Assembly (NCBI GenBank): GCA_963771175.1
Contig: CAVYSY010000039.1
Location: 96,001 to 160,000 of the forward strand
DNA from: an uncultured delta proteobacterium
GTDB lineage: Bacteria > Myxococcota > Myxococcia > Myxococcales > Myxococcaceae
DNA length: 64,000 nt
Reading direction: 5' to 3'
Shown: positions 1-11,142 of the stretch, one piece after another
Numbering within the stretch: the stretch's first letter is position 1
How the letters are laid out: each line of letters opens with the position of its first letter
Notes under the pieces: model-generated
The model's input: the letters and a program-made list of their open reading frames with translations, nothing else
What the model was told of the DNA's origin: nothing
The model's database searches: none
Made by a program: the position numbers and the translations under genes

Positions 1-1172
1 CCCGTGGGGGGCCACGCCGCTCGGCGCCACGCTCGGCCGTACCGAACGACCCGCGCGCCGGGCGACCACCGCGAGCTCCACGCTCCTCACCACCACCCCG
101 GGGCGCCCACTCGCGGCGCTCCGGACGCGCCTCACGGGTCTCCTCCTGCGCATCCTCACGAGGCGTCCACGTGCGGCGCTCGGCGCGACCACCCGTGGCA
201 CTCCGGAAGGCGGGCCGTGCCCCACCATCCCCTCGCGGCCCGAGCTCCTTGCGCTCGGGCCGACCGGCCGCGCGCGCCGGGCGCTCCGCCTTCGAAGCCC
301 CACGCTCGGGACGCTCCGTCCGGGCGGCCTGGGCCGGCGCGGGAGGCGCCTCCTCGCTGAAATCCTCGTCGTCCGCGTCCACGTCCGCCTCGAAGCCCGG
401 CGCCGTGCGCCCGTGACGCCGCGGCGGCAGCTTCAGCGCCCGCTCATCGGGCGAGACCTTGCCGTCGGACACGTCCTGAAGCAGGCGCACCTCGGCCTGG
501 GTGAGCGGCCGCTTCTCGCCGGGGCGAAGGCCCTCGACGGTGACACCCGCGTAGCTCGGCCGGTACAGGCGCACCACCGGGGAGCCCACCGCGGCGCACA
601 GCCGCTTGATGAGGTGCGGGCGACCCTCGGCCACCACCAGCTGCAGCCAGGTGTTGCGCTCGGCCTTCTCGAGCACGTCCACGGACACGGGCGTGGCCAT
701 GCCGTCCTCGAGCCGCACGCCACCGCGCAGCTTGTCCAGCGTGGCCTCGTCCGGCGTGCCCTTCACCTTGGCCAGGTACGTGCGCGGCACCTGGAAGCTG
801 GGGTGCGTCAGCTTGTGCGCGAGCGCCCCGTCGTCCGTGAGCGAGCAGCGCGCCCTCGGCGTCGTAGTCCAGCCGGCCCACGGGGAAGAGCCGCTTGCCG
901 CTCTCCTCGATGTAGTCGGCCACCGTGGGGCGGCCCTGCGGATCCGACAGCGTGGTGACGACGCCCACCGGCTTGTAGAGCAGGAAGTAGGTGGACTTCT
1001 CGGGGGGTGCGACGAGCTTCGCCGTCCACCGTGACGAGATCGCCCGGCTCCACCTTCGCTGCCGAGCTCCGTCACCTTCTGGTTGTTCACGCGTCACGCG
1101 GCCCGCGGTGATGAGGACCTCCGCGTGCCGCGCGAGGCCACGCCCGCGCGGGCCAGGTACTTCTGCAAACGT

Positions 1173-1183
<11 letters not shown>
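1..1183 (-). CDS. rluB: rRNA pseudouridine synthase (RluB/RsuA family) with long Arg/Gly-rich C-terminal tail; frameshifted, runs off the window edge
   Basis: S4 start MAAERLQKYLARAGVASR at 1183; YFLLYKPVGVVTTLSDPQGRPTV and LFPVGRLDYDAEG motifs; lies downstream of scpAB; split over several frames. Confidence 0.85.
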
Positions 1184-2189
<1,006 letters not shown>

Positions 2190-2193
<4 letters not shown>

Positions 2194-3055
2194 TCTCGTC
2201 CACCTCCGTGGGGCACCAGCCGCTCCAGGGCGTCCCCGTTGGGGGTCAGGAGGATGTCCTGCCAGGGGCTCCTCCTGGCGCACGCTGATGCAGCCGCCGC
2301 TTCACCATCTCGAGGATGGCCAGGAAGGTGATGACCAACTCCGGTGACGCGTCGCGCTGCCCTCGAAGAGACCCTCGAAGCTGCCTGCGTCCCTCGGCGC
2401 GCAGCGCTCGGCTATCGCGCAGGATGGCCTCGGAGAGGCTCACGCTGCTCGCGCACCACCTCGTGCTGCAGCTTGGGCGTCAGGCGCTCCGAGCACCCGG
2501 TCGAGCGCCTCGATCAGCTTGAGGACGCTGAACTCCTGCAGCCCCACCTCCTCCTCGGGGATGGGCACGGCCTCCACGGGCACGCTGGCGGGCGAAGACG
2601 TCGCGATCCAGGATGTCCTGCTTGGCGAGCTGCTCGGCCGCGTCCTTGTACTTCTGGTACTCGAGCAGGCGGCGCACCAGCTCGGCGCGCGGATCGTCCG
2701 CCTCCTCCTGCCAGCGCTCGGCCACCGCGTCCGTCGCCGCTCCGGCGGTGCTCCTGGCGCGGCAGCAGCATGCGGCTCTTGAGGTGCGCCAGCGTGGCGG
2801 CCATCACCAGGAACTCCCCGGCGATGTCCAGGTCGATCTCCCGCATCCGCTCCAGGTGCTCGAGGTACTTCTCGGTGATGAGCGCGAGCGGGATGTCGAA
2901 GATGTCGACCCGGTGCTCCTGATGAGGTGCAGCAGCAGATCGAGCGGCCCCTCGAAATTGGGCAACGCAACGCGGAAGGCGTCGCCCGGACTACGGGGGA
3001 CGTCCGCCTCGAGGGTCTCGTCCGAGGGAGGGTCGCTGCGACGACCTTCGCTCAA
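2190..3055 (-). CDS. scpA: Segregation/condensation protein ScpA (frameshifted)
   Basis: [50 protein letters not shown] and VITFLAILE pieces in successive frames. Confidence 0.9.
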
Positions 3056-3059
3056 CGGG

Positions 3060-4090
3060 CGTCCTCACGCGCTCAGGCAACCCCACGGCGCGGCGCACCC
3101 GGTCCATCAAGCGGGCGGCCACGGCACGGGCCCGCTCGGCACCATCCTGGAGGATGCGCTCGAGCTCGGCCGGGTCGCTCACCAGCTCCTCGCGACGCTT
3201 GCGCGCCGGACCGAAGGTCTCGTGGAAGGCCTCGAGCAGCAGCTTCTTGTAGTCACCGTAGCCCTTGCCGCCCGGCGCGCCACGAGACTTCCACCTCGCG
3301 GAAGCGCGTCCTCGGGCAGCATCACCTGGAGCAGATCGTACAGCGGGGCGTTCTCGGTGGGCTTGGGCGCCTCGACGGCCGTGGAGTCCGTCTTGATGCC
3401 CATGATGCGCTTCTTGACCTCCTTCTCGTCTCCGAACATGTCGATGGTGTTGCCGTAGGACTTGGACATCTTCTGCCCGTCCACGCCCGGCACCGTCGCG
3501 GTGCTCTCCTGGATGCGAGCGGCCGGCAGCTTGAGGATGCCGGGGGCGTGCCGCTCTTCTTGCCGTCCGGATCCTGCGGGTCGTAGCCCGGGCACGTAGG
3601 TCACGTTGAACTTGGTCGCCCAGTCGCGCGCGAACTCGATGTGCTGCACCTGGTCCTTGCCCACCGGCACGAGGTCCGCGCTGTAGAGCAGGATGTCGGC
3701 GGCCATCAGCACCGGGTAGGCGAAGAGGCCGAAGTCCGGGCTGATGCCCTTGGCCACCTTGTCCTTGAAGCTGTGGGCGCGCTCGAGGTGGGCATGAGGC
3801 ACCACGGTGCCGAGGATCCAGTAGAGCTCGGGCACCTCCGGCACGTCGCTCTGCCGGAAGAGGACGGCCTTCTTGGGATCCAACCCGAGCGACGAGGTAG
3901 GCGAGGGCGGTCTCGCGGGTGAGCTCCGTCGGCGAGCTTCGGGTCGCGCACGGTGGTGAGCGCGTGCAGGTTGGCGATGAAGTAATAGGGCCTCGCCCTC
4001 GTCCTGCAGGTGCACGAACTGCCGGATGGCGCCGTAGTAGTTGCCGATGTGCAGCCGGCCAGAGGACTGGACTCCCGAGAGGATCCGCAT
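3060..4090 (-). CDS. trpS: Tryptophan-tRNA ligase (frameshifted; 3' end approximate)
   Basis: MRILSGVQSSGRLHIGNYYGA (HIGH), YPVLMAADILLY, VPVGKDQVQH, KMSKS. Confidence 0.95.
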
Positions 4091-4302
4091 GACTCCCACG
4101 CCTATACTCGAAAGGGGTGACAGCCCTGGTTCGCACACCCAGAGTCACCCTGCAACTTTCCTGCGAGCCGCTCCCCCCTTTTGAACTCGGCCGCCCGCTC
4201 CCCGGTCAGCCCGACTAGTGGGAACTTCTTGGGAGGTAAGTAAAAGGCCTGTGAAATCACAGGGTTGTAGCGGGGGTCGGCCTCCGCTACCGTGTCGTCG
4301 AC

Positions 4303-5472
4303 ATGGAGCGGTTCAAGGGGAATCTGGCGAGCTACCGGCTGCAGCTTTTGATGCCGGCGTTCTTCGAAGCGCCCGCGATGGACGGGACGCTGCGAGTGGA
4401 GCGCGCATCGGTGCGGCGGCACTTCTTCTTCCAGCACGGGCTGCTGGTGGGCGAGAGCTCGAGCGAGCCCCTGGAGCACCTGGGACAGGTGCTGGCACGG
4501 CTGGGCATCCTCGACGCGGCGCGGGCGGCGGCGGCCTTCGACGCGGCGGAAGCGACGGGAGTGCCCTTCGGCACCTTCCTGGTGGAGCGGGGCCTGGTGG
4601 CGAAGGCTCGGCTCATGGAGGCCATGGAGCACAAGGCGCGCGAGGCGCTCTTCGACTGCTACGGGTGGGAGTCCGGCGAGGTGGAGTTCCGCCCGGGGCT
4701 GCCGCCGCTGGGGCGGGCGGTGGAGCTGCAGCTCGGGCTGAAGGGCCTGCACCGGGACGCGCTGGCGCGGCTGCGCGAGTGGAAGGTGTTCTGGGACCTG
4801 TTCCCCGGGCCGGGGACGACTTTCGGCGTGTACCGGGAGTTCGCGGTGGAGACGGTGTCGGCGGCGGAGGGGCTGCTGATGCAGCTCGCCGAGCAGGGCG
4901 CGACGCTGAGCGAGCTGCTGGCGGCGGCGCCCGAGGGCCCGCTGCACGGGGCGCGGTGGGTGCTGCGCCTGTACCGGCGGGGGGCGCTGACGCCTCGGAA
5001 GCCGAGGGGCCCGAAGGTGGGCGAGGCGGCGCGAGTCTCGGACCTGCTGGAGCTGGCGCGGGGACTGGTGGAGACGGGCCGGTACGAGGAGGCGGTGGCG
5101 GTGACGGCACAGGTGCTGGAGCGGGCGCCGGTGCCGGAGGCTCACACGCTGTACCGGGAGGCCGAGGTGCGGCTGACGGTGGCGCTGGCGGACGAGGTGC
5201 TGGCGCTGGACGGGCGGCTGTACTTCGAATCGCTGCCGCGCCCTACCCCGCCCTCGCTGACGGCGGACGACCTGTACCTGTACGCGAAGCTGCGGAGCGG
5301 CCGGAGCGTGCGCGAGGTGCTGCGGAACACGGCCATGGGCGAGCTGGCTGCCTACCGGGCGCTGCGGCGGCTGATGGAGGCGGGCATCGCCCGGGTAATG
5401 CCGAGCAACGACGTGGCGCCGAGGCGGCGGACGAGGACGAACCCCTACGGGATTCCGGCCGTGGTGCTCTGA
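4303..5472 (+). CDS. DUF4388 (PatA-N-like) domain protein
   Basis: 389-aa ORF with FKGNLASY, EHLGQVLARLG and LFDCYGWESGEVEF pattern typical of myxobacterial DUF4388 proteins. Confidence 0.7.
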   Translation: MERFKGNLASYRLQLLMPAFFEAPAMDGTLRVERASVRRHFFFQHGLLVGESSSEPLEHLGQVLARLGILDAARAAAAFDAAEATGVPFGTFLVERGLVAKARLMEAMEHKAREALFDCYGWESGEVEFRPGLPPLGRAVELQLGLKGLHRDALARLREWKVFWDLFPGPGTTFGVYREFAVETVSAAEGLLMQLAEQGATLSELLAAAPEGPLHGARWVLRLYRRGALTPRKPRGPKVGEAARVSDLLELARGLVETGRYEEAVAVTAQVLERAPVPEAHTLYREAEVRLTVALADEVLALDGRLYFESLPRPTPPSLTADDLYLYAKLRSGRSVREVLRNTAMGELAAYRALRRLMEAGIARVMPSNDVAPRRRTRTNPYGIPAVVL

Positions 5473-5483
5473 GGGCCTTGAGG

Positions 5484-6095
5484 TTACGTCTGTTCCCGGT
5501 ACGGCGTCGGGGCTCGCTGGGTTCCGACCGGGGGCAACCACAACGCCCCCAGATTCAAGAGAAGCGCATCGAAAGGTTCGGCGCGCACCTCCTCCTCGCC
5601 GCTGTGGCTGGCGACGAACAGCCAATCCCGCGCCTGCCGACGGTAGATCTCCAGGGTGCGCGTCAGCGGATCGATGAGCCATGCATGGCTCACACCTTCA
5701 CGATGGTAGAGCGGGAGCTTGCGCTCCCTATCCACCTGGACAGTGGAGGGCGAGAGCACCTCGCATACCCAGTCCGGAGCCACTGTGGAGAAGGCCTCGT
5801 TCATGAAGGATGGGTCCGGCATCCGATCGCGGCGCCATCCCGCGAGGTCCGGCACCAGAACATCCCTCCCGAGGTGGAGCTCCGGCTCGTAGAGGAGCCA
5901 CCACCCACCGCGCATGTCTTGCTGTCCCAGGTCGAACGCGGGGCCCAGCAGGGCGCTGAGTGCCCAGGCCACCCGCGCATGGGGCATGGCGGGTCGCGGT
6001 GAAGCCACCAGCTCATCGCCCAGGATCTCCCCGACCCATCCGACCGGCAGCGCCTCGATGTCCTCGTACGTCGCCGGCCTCTTCCCATTCCCCAT
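5484..6095 (-). CDS. Uma2-family PD-(D/E)xK endonuclease-fold protein
   Basis: ATYEDIEALP, EILGDELVASPRP, PDLAGWR, APDWVCEVLSPST, WLIDP. Confidence 0.9.
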   Translation of the reverse strand: MGNGKRPATYEDIEALPVGWVGEILGDELVASPRPAMPHARVAWALSALLGPAFDLGQQDMRGGWWLLYEPELHLGRDVLVPDLAGWRRDRMPDPSFMNEAFSTVAPDWVCEVLSPSTVQVDRERKLPLYHREGVSHAWLIDPLTRTLEIYRRQARDWLFVASHSGEEEVRAEPFDALLLNLGALWLPPVGTQRAPTPYREQT

Positions 6096-6206
6096 CTCCG
6101 TCCTCCCCCATCTCCGTGCTCAGAACCCGCGAGGCAGCGCCCCGCTTCCTTACTTGCGCCATTCTATACCGGGTTCTGACTTCTCGGGTAGGGTCCAAGC
6201 GCTGAG

Positions 6207-8966
6207 TCACAGCACCTCGACGGCGAGCTCCAGCCGCTGCTCCAACGCGCCCGTGGGCATCCCATGGAGTGTGCCCTCCCAACGAACCTGCGCCCGGGGT
6301 GAGAGTCGTACGCCACGACGCCCCCAGTGCCCGACGAGGAGGTCCACCCGGAGCGACGCCTCCGCCTCGTGCAGCACGCCCCGGGAGCCGAGGAACGTCG
6401 GGGCATAGGCGGCCTCCAGGCGCACTGCGTTGGCCAGCGCGCCGGGCAGCCCCAGCCGCTGCGAGAAGGACAGTCGGGGGCCCACCGCGGGCGTGACGTC
6501 GACCAGGCCCCAGCGCAGCCCGGCGCGAGCGCCCAGTCCGAGCGCGGCGAAGTGGCGGAAGCGCGGCCCCTCATCGAGCACCAGGAGCACCTCCCCTCGC
6601 ACGGTGGCCCGGTGCCGCGGGTCCGCCCCCTCCTCCCGAGTTTCGAGCAGCGCCTCCGCGCCCCAGCCCAGCTCGTCGAGCAGGCCGGTCCGGCGCCATG
6701 GGGGTTCTCGTTCCAGAGTGCGGTAGCCCAGCAGGATGAGGCGCGAGTCCAGCACGCGGGGCAGCCCGCGCCTCGGCTCCAGGCGCATCTCGCCGTCGAG
6801 CACGCGTACCTCACTGCCAGGCCGGGAACCGTGCAGGAACGCTTCGCCCAGCTCCTGGCTCAACCCCGCCGTCCACAGGGACACCACCGGCCGCGCCTGT
6901 CCCGAAGGGAGGCGGGCCACCCCCAGGCTCACCGCCACCCGCGCCGCGCCCGAGACGGGCAGCGCCCCAGAGGCCCACTCCCGCTCCTCCAGGACCTTCC
7001 GCTCATGGTCCCTCTCCAGGAAGCCCACGGGATCCACCTCGGCGAGCGGTCCCTCGTGGAGCCCGCCCTGAACCTCGGTGGCGGTGACGAAGGTGGCCTC
7101 CACCGCCTCGGCCCGCGCGAGCGTGTGCGCCTCCCTGGCGGTGGGCTCGCGCCGGGACGCGGTGGCCAGCGCCTCCTGTAGGAAGGTGATGCGGTCGAGT
7201 ACCGCGAGCCGCCGCTGCACTGCGTCCTCCCGCTCGAAGAGTCGCTGGCGCTCCAGCACACTGTCCTGGGCCACGGGCAGCGAGCCTTGAACCGCCACGA
7301 GCCGGTTGCGCTCCACCTCCAGCCGCTCACCCTCGGCCCGGTCCACCTCCGCACGCTCCACCCGCACCGAGCCAGTGATGTATGCGTGCAACATCGTGCG
7401 CACGGCCTCCCGCTCCGACTCCGGCGCGGCGGCGAGCGTCTCCTCCACCACCCCGGGCACTCGGGTCCACGCCTCTCGGCGCTTCTCCGGCTCGGGGGAT
7501 TGCAGGCGCCGGTGCAGCAGGCGCAGCCGCGTGCGTCCCTCCTCCCCTACTCGCGACACCAGTCCTTCGAGCGCCTCCTCCCGGGCCGCGTGCGCCCGCA
7601 GGGCCCGCTCGCCCGTGGACTCGAAGTCGTCCGGCACGTGCTCCAGCAGCGCGTGGTGCTCTCCATCCGGCCCCGTCACCTCCACCCGGGCGAGCGCATC
7701 CAGCGTGGCGCCCGGCAGTACCCAGAAGGAACCGGGCGCGCGCACCGTGCGGCCCCCTTCCAGCGCACCATTGAGGAGGAAGAGGAGCGCGCTCGCGCAG
7801 TTGTCGGTGAAGAAGTAGTAGGCGAGGTAGCCGCGCCGCTCCAGCTCCCAGATCCGCTCCAGCAGCCGCACCTGCTCGCTCGGGGTGAGACTCAGGCGGA
7901 AGCGCCGGATGGTGCGCTGCTCCAACTCCAGTGCCTCGTGCGTCACGTCGCCCACCGTCGAGGTGAGGAAGGCCAGCGTGTAGCCTCCGGTCAATCCCCT
8001 CGCCACGTAGCTCGGGCCGCGCGCCTCCATCCCCGTCAGGGCAACGGGCTGCACCACCGCCTGGAAGCTCGGCCCTCGCGGCACCTCGCCCTCGCGCCAC
8101 ACCGGCCGCATCAGCAGGTGGCCGAAGAGCGACTCGGGCTGCCGACCCGAGGAGGCGACGAGGAGCATCTCGAAATGTGACAGCTCCTCCACGTCGGCCC
8201 ACGCGTCGAAAGCGGGGCACGGGCCCCGTGGAGGCAGCGTTCCAAGTCCGTCCGCGGCCAGCAACTCGCCGAGGGCCCGGGCCTTGGAGGGCTCCTGGCA
8301 GCGCTCCCGGTCGTCCACGGAGAGGGCCTCGGCGCGCACCGACTCCACCGGGACGAAGAGCTCCTCGGCGAAGGTGACCAGGTCCAGCGACGCACTCCCC
8401 TGCCCGCGCGCCCGACTGAAGGCTCCGGCGAAGGAGAGGGGCGACTCCTCGGAGAAAGTAAGCGGCCGTTGGAAGGGCGCGCGCCAACCGGACAGCCGGC
8501 GCCAGCGCGCGGTGCGACTCCACCCGCGTGCCTCGTCCCAACGCTGAACCATCGCGTGGACCACCGCGCGACGTCGCCACAGCTGCTCCAACTCCACCTC
8601 GGTGAGGCGGCCCGTCCGCAGCGTGGCGCGCCGCTCCTCCGAGGGAGCCCAGGCGTAGAGGTGGAAGCGCCGCCGGCCCTCGCTCCAGTCCGGCCGGTCC
8701 TGAGAACCATCACCCATGCCGAGCGGCGCGGGCTCCGCGTGCAGCACCAGCTCCAGCGAGCCACCGGGTGGGTGGCGCAGGGCAGGAGGCAGCGCGGAGA
8801 GACCCGCCTCCACCTCCGCGACGAGCACCGCGTCCTCCGAGGCGGGAGGGCGCAGCACCAGACCCTGCTCCACCTCCAGCCGGTGGACGCGCTCGGCGAG
8901 CGTCTCCGTGGCACCGGCCGGCAGCGCCACCACGAGCCCGACGAGCAGGACCACCCCACCCCTCAT
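6207..8966 (-). CDS. Secreted DUF4105 (Lnb-like papain-fold) protein with probable C-terminal beta-barrel
   Basis: Signal peptide; ESLFGHLLMR and YYFFTDNCAS motifs; alternating amphipathic strands at the C-terminus. Confidence 0.75.
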   Translation of the reverse strand: MRGGVVLLVGLVVALPAGATETLAERVHRLEVEQGLVLRPPASEDAVLVAEVEAGLSALPPALRHPPGGSLELVLHAEPAPLGMGDGSQDRPDWSEGRRRFHLYAWAPSEERRATLRTGRLTEVELEQLWRRRAVVHAMVQRWDEARGWSRTARWRRLSGWRAPFQRPLTFSEESPLSFAGAFSRARGQGSASLDLVTFAEELFVPVESVRAEALSVDDRERCQEPSKARALGELLAADGLGTLPPRGPCPAFDAWADVEELSHFEMLLVASSGRQPESLFGHLLMRPVWREGEVPRGPSFQAVVQPVALTGMEARGPSYVARGLTGGYTLAFLTSTVGDVTHEALELEQRTIRRFRLSLTPSEQVRLLERIWELERRGYLAYYFFTDNCASALLFLLNGALEGGRTVRAPGSFWVLPGATLDALARVEVTGPDGEHHALLEHVPDDFESTGERALRAHAAREEALEGLVSRVGEEGRTRLRLLHRRLQSPEPEKRREAWTRVPGVVEETLAAAPESEREAVRTMLHAYITGSVRVERAEVDRAEGERLEVERNRLVAVQGSLPVAQDSVLERQRLFEREDAVQRRLAVLDRITFLQEALATASRREPTAREAHTLARAEAVEATFVTATEVQGGLHEGPLAEVDPVGFLERDHERKVLEEREWASGALPVSGAARVAVSLGVARLPSGQARPVVSLWTAGLSQELGEAFLHGSRPGSEVRVLDGEMRLEPRRGLPRVLDSRLILLGYRTLEREPPWRRTGLLDELGWGAEALLETREEGADPRHRATVRGEVLLVLDEGPRFRHFAALGLGARAGLRWGLVDVTPAVGPRLSFSQRLGLPGALANAVRLEAAYAPTFLGSRGVLHEAEASLRVDLLVGHWGRRGVRLSPRAQVRWEGTLHGMPTGALEQRLELAVEVL

Positions 8967-9675
8967 TCCACGAGCCCGTGGGCGAGGAGGAAGGCGCGCC
9001 GGTCCTCCTCCAAACGCGGCTCGGTGCGCGCGAGCTGCCCCACCCGTTCGAGCCAGGCCAGGGCGCGCTCGCGCGTGAGCGTGGCGGAGTCAGCGAGCGC
9101 GAGCAGCTCTCCCGGTGCGCGCGCAGCACCCGGCCGAAGGTCCCGAGGTTCTCGCGGCGGATGAGCGCCATGGCGGCGAGATCCTCGATGGTGGGGCCGG
9201 CCCCGAGCGCCAGATCCTCGCGGAGTTGGTGGGTGTTCGCGCGCAGGTACACCTGGGCGGCCGCTCCCACCGCCGCGGGGGCGGGAGCGGCGGGGATGCT
9301 CACCAGGATCTTCCAGATCGCCAGTCCGAGCCCGCCCACGGTGGCCCCCACGAGGGTGGAGGAGAGCAACGGGCCGGACGTGGCCGCGCTGCTGCGGGAC
9401 TCGCTGCTCTTCGACGAGTCCGCCGAGCTGGCCCGCGAGCTGTCCGCGGAGTCATTGGTGGTGCCTTCCGAGGTCTTCGAGACGTTGGTGCTCACCTCGG
9501 CCGTGGCATCGCTGCCCTCGCTGCTCCCCGCCGAGTTGGACTGGCTGGAGTTCGAGTCGCTCGACTGGCCAGAGTTGGACTGACTCGAATTGCCCTGGCT
9601 CGACCCCATCGTCTGACACCCGGCCACCAGCAGACAGGCGCATGCGCCCGCCACCCTCATCCACTGTCCCTTCAT
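8963..9675 (-). CDS. DUF3015-like lipoprotein with Ser-rich linker (frameshift near 9110)
   Basis: Lipobox LVAGC; Ser-rich tract; YLRANTHQLREDLALGAGPTIEDLAAM; stop overlaps the DUF4105 start (ATGA). Confidence 0.65.
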
Positions 9676-9844
9676 TGCTCCTCCGGTGATGTTCACGCGC
9701 TGACACTCTAGCCAGCAGCGTGCGAAGGCTCGGCTCACGACCATTGCCTCGATGGGCCTCCTGGCAGGCCTCGTTCCGCCTCGGACAGCGAATGAGGCGG
9801 TTGCTCATCGGCCTGCCTCGGTCTGGCGAAGAACGGCTCCCATG

Positions 9845-10975
9845 CTAGCGCGACCCCTTCGCCTTGCCGCCGCGCACCGTCTCGACCCACTGGCGCCACA
9901 CCTCGCCGTCCTCCCCGAGGTCTCGCCCCGCCAGGAGGGTGAACACCTTGTGCGCCGGCTCGCGCTCGATCACCTGCTGCATCGCCACCATCTCCAGGAG
10001 CGGCTCGGCCGCCTTGTCGAGGATCTGCTTCCGATGGACGGCGCCCTCCGTCTCCAGGATCCGCACGAGCGTCCAGGCCGTCTTGTTGCGGTCCGAGATG
10101 ACCGGCAACCAGAGCGACTCCAATACCGTGTCGAGCGGGATGATGACGCGCTTCTGGTTCTTCTGCGCCGCCCCGAGCAGGCGCATCACCTCGTTGCGCA
10201 CGCCCTGAGACGGGTCTCGCACCGACGGAAGGACGGCCTTCACCACCTGCTCGCGCGAACCTGCATAGGCCAGCAGGTTCACCGCATGCATGCGCTTGCC
10301 CTCGTCGCGATCCTCGCGCAGCACGCGCACGAGCGCGTCGAAGTTGCGCGGCACGCCCTCGATGAACCGGGCCTCCCGAGGCGCGAGCTCCGGATGGTCG
10401 AAGCGGCCGTAGCAGGAGAAGGCCTTGCAGGCGCCGTAGCCGAAGGCGAGCTCGCCCGCGTTATCCAACTTCCAGTAGGCCCTGACGAAGTCTCCCCAGG
10501 CGGCGAGCAATCCGTCTGGATCGGCCACCTCTCCCTGGGGCGCGGGGGAGAAGCGCATGCGCCACTCGTCTCCCACGTCGACCAGATCCACCGTCAACCG
10601 CATGATGTTCGTCTTGAGGTCGACCCCCACCGAGAACGTGCACTGGGCGAAGGAATAGGCCGAGGTGACGCGCTTCTTGCTCTCGATGAGCTGCCGGGTG
10701 AAGTCCTCCGACCCGGACTCCACGGGCGTGCCCGGTGCGGGCATTTCGATGAGAGCGAGCAGCTTCTCCTTCGGGACCTTGCGCGAGCCGAACACCTCGA
10801 CTCCCCCGAACGTGTACACGGGCCGCCGCGGGGCAGCGACAGGCGCGGAGGGCGCCTCGGCCACGGCGGGCGCAATGGCTTCAGGCGCGGGGGCGAAGTC
10901 AGGCGCGGGCGCGGCCTGTTGCAAAGGGGCGACACATGCGGCGAGGAACGGCAGACACACGATGAACCGTTTCAC
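9845..10975 (-). CDS. Lipoprotein with POTRA-like segment and HEAT repeats
   Basis: GTG start VKRFIVCLPFLAAC (lipobox); GVEVFGSRKVPKEKLLALI; helical repeats such as RDPSQGVRNEVMRLLG. Confidence 0.55.
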   Translation of the reverse strand: MKRFIVCLPFLAACVAPLQQAAPAPDFAPAPEAIAPAVAEAPSAPVAAPRRPVYTFGGVEVFGSRKVPKEKLLALIEMPAPGTPVESGSEDFTRQLIESKKRVTSAYSFAQCTFSVGVDLKTNIMRLTVDLVDVGDEWRMRFSPAPQGEVADPDGLLAAWGDFVRAYWKLDNAGELAFGYGACKAFSCYGRFDHPELAPREARFIEGVPRNFDALVRVLREDRDEGKRMHAVNLLAYAGSREQVVKAVLPSVRDPSQGVRNEVMRLLGAAQKNQKRVIIPLDTVLESLWLPVISDRNKTAWTLVRILETEGAVHRKQILDKAAEPLLEMVAMQQVIEREPAHKVFTLLAGRDLGEDGEVWRQWVETVRGGKAKGSR

Positions 10976-11142
10976 GAGTCCTCCAGCGCCCGAGCCTCGG
11001 GCGGGAACGGAGGGCCTCGTGCAACGCATGTGCCCGCACGGCCGATGGACTCGCGAGGGGCACGGCGGAGGAGCAACCCGGCGGCGGATCGTCCAGGATG
11101 TCCGTATCTGGGATTCACGTGTCCCAGGTACGGGAACACACC

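Noticed and set aside
5484..6095. Uma2 protein as a defence nuclease system
   Set aside because: Uma2 genes are common scattered paralogs in myxobacteria; no methylase or other partner is adjacent.
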